A stretch of 44,941 nucleotides of DNA from Hydrurus foetidus (taxonomy: Eukaryota), in assembly GCA_900617105.1 (NCBI GenBank), contig UYFQ01000032.1, forward strand, positions 806,001 through 850,941, written 5' to 3'. A program made the translations under genes and the position numbers. The stretch's first letter is position 1. Every line of letters begins with the position of its first letter. Under the pieces are notes generated by a model that worked only from the letters and a program-made list of their open reading frames with translations, had not been told where the DNA came from and ran no database searches. Below are positions 43,155 through 44,941 of this stretch, in pieces.

Positions 43155-43925
43155 ATGCCACTCAACCCGCCCATCACCGACTGGCACGGCAAAACCGTGT
43201 GGTTGATCGGTGCCTCCACCGGCATTGGCCGCGCCACCGCCTCACGTCTGCACGCGCTGGGGGCCACGGTGGTGGTGTCAGCCCGCCAACAGGCCGCGCT
43301 GGACACATTTTTACAGGAACACCCCGGCAGCCTCATCTTGCCGCTCGACAGCACGGACAAAGCTGCGGTACACACAGCCTGCGAAGCCGTGTTCGCTCAA
43401 GGCCCGCTGGCCCTGGTGCTCTACTGCGCGGGCTACTACACCGAGCAACGCGCCACAGCCTTTAACTTGAGCGAGATGCTGCGCCACCTGGACGTGAACT
43501 ACACCGGTGCGCTGTACCTGCTCGATGCCGTGCTGCCCCGCCTGCTGGCCCAACGCAGCGGCCACATCAGCTTGGTCAGCAGCGTGGCCGGCTACCGAGG
43601 TTTGCCCCAATCGCTGGCCTACGGCCCCACCAAAGCCGCCCTGACCAACTTGGCCGAAACCCTGCACAACGACTTGGGCGACAGCGGCATTGCGGTCAGC
43701 GTCATCAATCCTGGTTTTGTCGCCACCCCCCTCACCGCTCAAAATGATTTCAAGATGCCAGCGCTGATTACACCGGCACAAGCAGCTATAGAAATAGTAG
43801 CATCTTGGGGCAAGGGTGAGTTTGAAATCCACTTCCCCAAACGCTTCACCCGCTGGATGAAGCTGTTGCGTATTTTGCCCAACGGCCTGTACTTTCAAGC
43901 GATCAAACGGCTGAAAGTCGCCTGA
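43155..43925 (+). CDS. Classical SDR oxidoreductase (RSP_1087-like)
   Basis: WLIGASTGIG; SSVAGYRGLP..LAYGPTKAA (YxxxK); NPGFV.TPLT; EIHFPKRF. Confidence 0.9.
   Translation: MPLNPPITDWHGKTVWLIGASTGIGRATASRLHALGATVVVSARQQAALDTFLQEHPGSLILPLDSTDKAAVHTACEAVFAQGPLALVLYCAGYYTEQRATAFNLSEMLRHLDVNYTGALYLLDAVLPRLLAQRSGHISLVSSVAGYRGLPQSLAYGPTKAALTNLAETLHNDLGDSGIAVSVINPGFVATPLTAQNDFKMPALITPAQAAIEIVASWGKGEFEIHFPKRFTRWMKLLRILPNGLYFQAIKRLKVA
43755..43802 (-). repeat. Dispersed GCT-N10-YAGCW element, copy inside the SDR gene
   Basis: Minus strand GCTACTATTTCTATAGCTGCTTGTGC...AGCGCT; AT-rich codon choice against a GC-rich gene. Confidence 0.5.
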
Positions 43926-43947
43926 TAACCCCTTCAAGTCGTTCAAT

Positions 43948-44379
43948 ATGATCCAAGACCCCGCCCAGCACCTCATCACCTATTTCGAGCAACTCACACC
44001 CGAGAGCGTGGCGCAGATAGGGGCGCACTACACGCCCGATGCCAGCTTCAAAGACCCGTTCAACGAAGTCCACACCGTGGCCGAGATAGCGCACATCTTC
44101 AGCCACATGTTTGAAGCGCTGGAAGAACCCCGCTTCGTGGTGACAGAGCGCATCGTGCAAGGCACGCAATGCTTTTTGGTGTGGGATTTCAACTTCCGCT
44201 TCCGCAACTTTCGCCAGGGTGAGTTGCAAACCATCCACGGCGGGTCACATCTGCGCTTCGCAGGCGATGGCCGGGTGGCCTACCACCGCGATTACTGGGA
44301 CGCAGCGCAGGAGCTGTACGAGAAGCTGCCCGTGGTGGGCGGGGTGATGCGGTGGCTTAAGCGCAGGGTAGGTCAGTGA
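43948..44379 (+). CDS. NTF2/SnoaL-like protein
   Basis: Y..DA.FKDPFN; IF.HMF; HRDYWDAA.ELYEKLP.VG..MRWLK. Confidence 0.85.
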   Translation: MIQDPAQHLITYFEQLTPESVAQIGAHYTPDASFKDPFNEVHTVAEIAHIFSHMFEALEEPRFVVTERIVQGTQCFLVWDFNFRFRNFRQGELQTIHGGSHLRFAGDGRVAYHRDYWDAAQELYEKLPVVGGVMRWLKRRVGQ

Positions 44380-44414
44380 AAGCTTATTTTCATTAGATTT
44401 ATGCAATGAAAACA

Positions 44415-44457
44415 TTGACTTAGCTTCCGCATAAAATTAGCATACAAAAAAGTATGC
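44415..44457 (+). promoter_or_regulatory. Putative sigma70 promoter with overlapping palindromic operator
   Basis: TTGACT (44415-44420), 17 nt, TAGCAT (44438-44443). GCATAC-N6-GTATGC inverted repeat (44440-44457) overlaps the -10. SD AAAGGA precedes ATG 44468. Confidence 0.5.
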
Positions 44458-44467
44458 AAAGGAATTT

Positions 44468-44941
44468 ATGCTGGATTGGTCTTTCTATGGCCGCGACCGC
44501 CCCCTCGCCGAACTGCGCAAAATTGTCCATGAGCCACGCTGGTTCTTTTGCCGCATTTCAGGGCGCAGACGCATTGGCAAAACAACGCTGCTGAAGGAAT
44601 TGGCGCAGGCAGACGCGGCACTGAGCAACCGGTTGCTCTACCAGCAGGTGCCCGATTCCGATGAGCGGGATGTGGCCTCAGCCTTCCGACGCCAGCTCGA
44701 AGAATCTGAATTCCCCGGCGCGGCGGCACTGGCCAGCAACGTCAAAGATTTCGCGTCGATGGCCAAAGCCATTGGCAGCGCTTGCAAAGCAGGCATGGTG
44801 GTGGTGCTGGATGAATTCCAGTACTTCACCCGTGCCAAGATGCAGGCGTTCAACTCTTTTTTGCAAGCGGAGGTAGATGCGCTGCGGTTTGCGCCTTTGA
44901 CGCAAGGCGGGCTGATCGTTTTGGGGTCTTTGCAATCGGGC
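44468..44941 (+). CDS. P-loop ATPase of the 'archaeal ATPase'/AAA type, 3'-truncated by the window edge; absent from the ORF track
   Basis: Manual translation: MLDWSFYGRDRPLAELRK...ISGRRRIGKTTLL (Walker A)...VVVLDEFQY (Walker B)...LIVLGS. Open to the last base. Confidence 0.85.
   Translation, partial: MLDWSFYGRDRPLAELRKIVHEPRWFFCRISGRRRIGKTTLLKELAQADAALSNRLLYQQVPDSDERDVASAFRRQLEESEFPGAAALASNVKDFASMAKAIGSACKAGMVVVLDEFQYFTRAKMQAFNSFLQAEVDALRFAPLTQGGLIVLGSLQSG

Noticed and set aside
1..44941. CRISPR array, tRNA, rRNA, IS elements
   Set aside because: No regularly spaced repeats, cloverleaf, rRNA-like sequence or transposase ORFs were seen. The dispersed 18-bp motif is irregularly spaced and mostly intragenic.

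Overview
A chromosomal segment of roughly 60% GC (estimated by eye) from a Betaproteobacterium. Gene content and order suggest Comamonadaceae, Rhodoferax-like (inference). Lipid metabolism dominates. In order: a truncated Bug/TTT binding protein; an Atm1-type ABC half-transporter; a thioesterase and a crotonase; a Liv-type ABC importer with an embedded long-chain acyl-CoA ligase; mltA; a PAS kinase/FixJ-type pair; yhdP and glnE. After glnE come a stand-alone ACP + FabF-like ketosynthase + thioester-reductase-like trio, a HigBA-type TA module, an OMF-MFP-RND pump, a DUF1311-like protein, rfaE2, a degenerate HD-GYP protein and a ferritin-like di-iron protein. A CarH/LitR-like regulator lacking its B12 ligands is divergent from an 8-gene operon resembling the furan-fatty-acid / singlet-oxygen cluster. 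A P-loop ATPase missing from the ORF track runs off the right edge. Non-coding signals: a structured RNA with a CU-rich anti-SD loop upstream of the lipid operon, an RpoE/ChrR-type promoter before the cfa-like gene, about 10 copies of a dispersed GCT-N10-YAGCW element mostly inside coding sequence, a GC-rich repeat forming a 38-codon bridging ORF, an in-frame REP-like hairpin, and two divergent gene pairs whose start codons share one CATG. No rRNA, tRNA, CRISPR array or transposase was seen. All family assignments come from motif recognition, not database searches.
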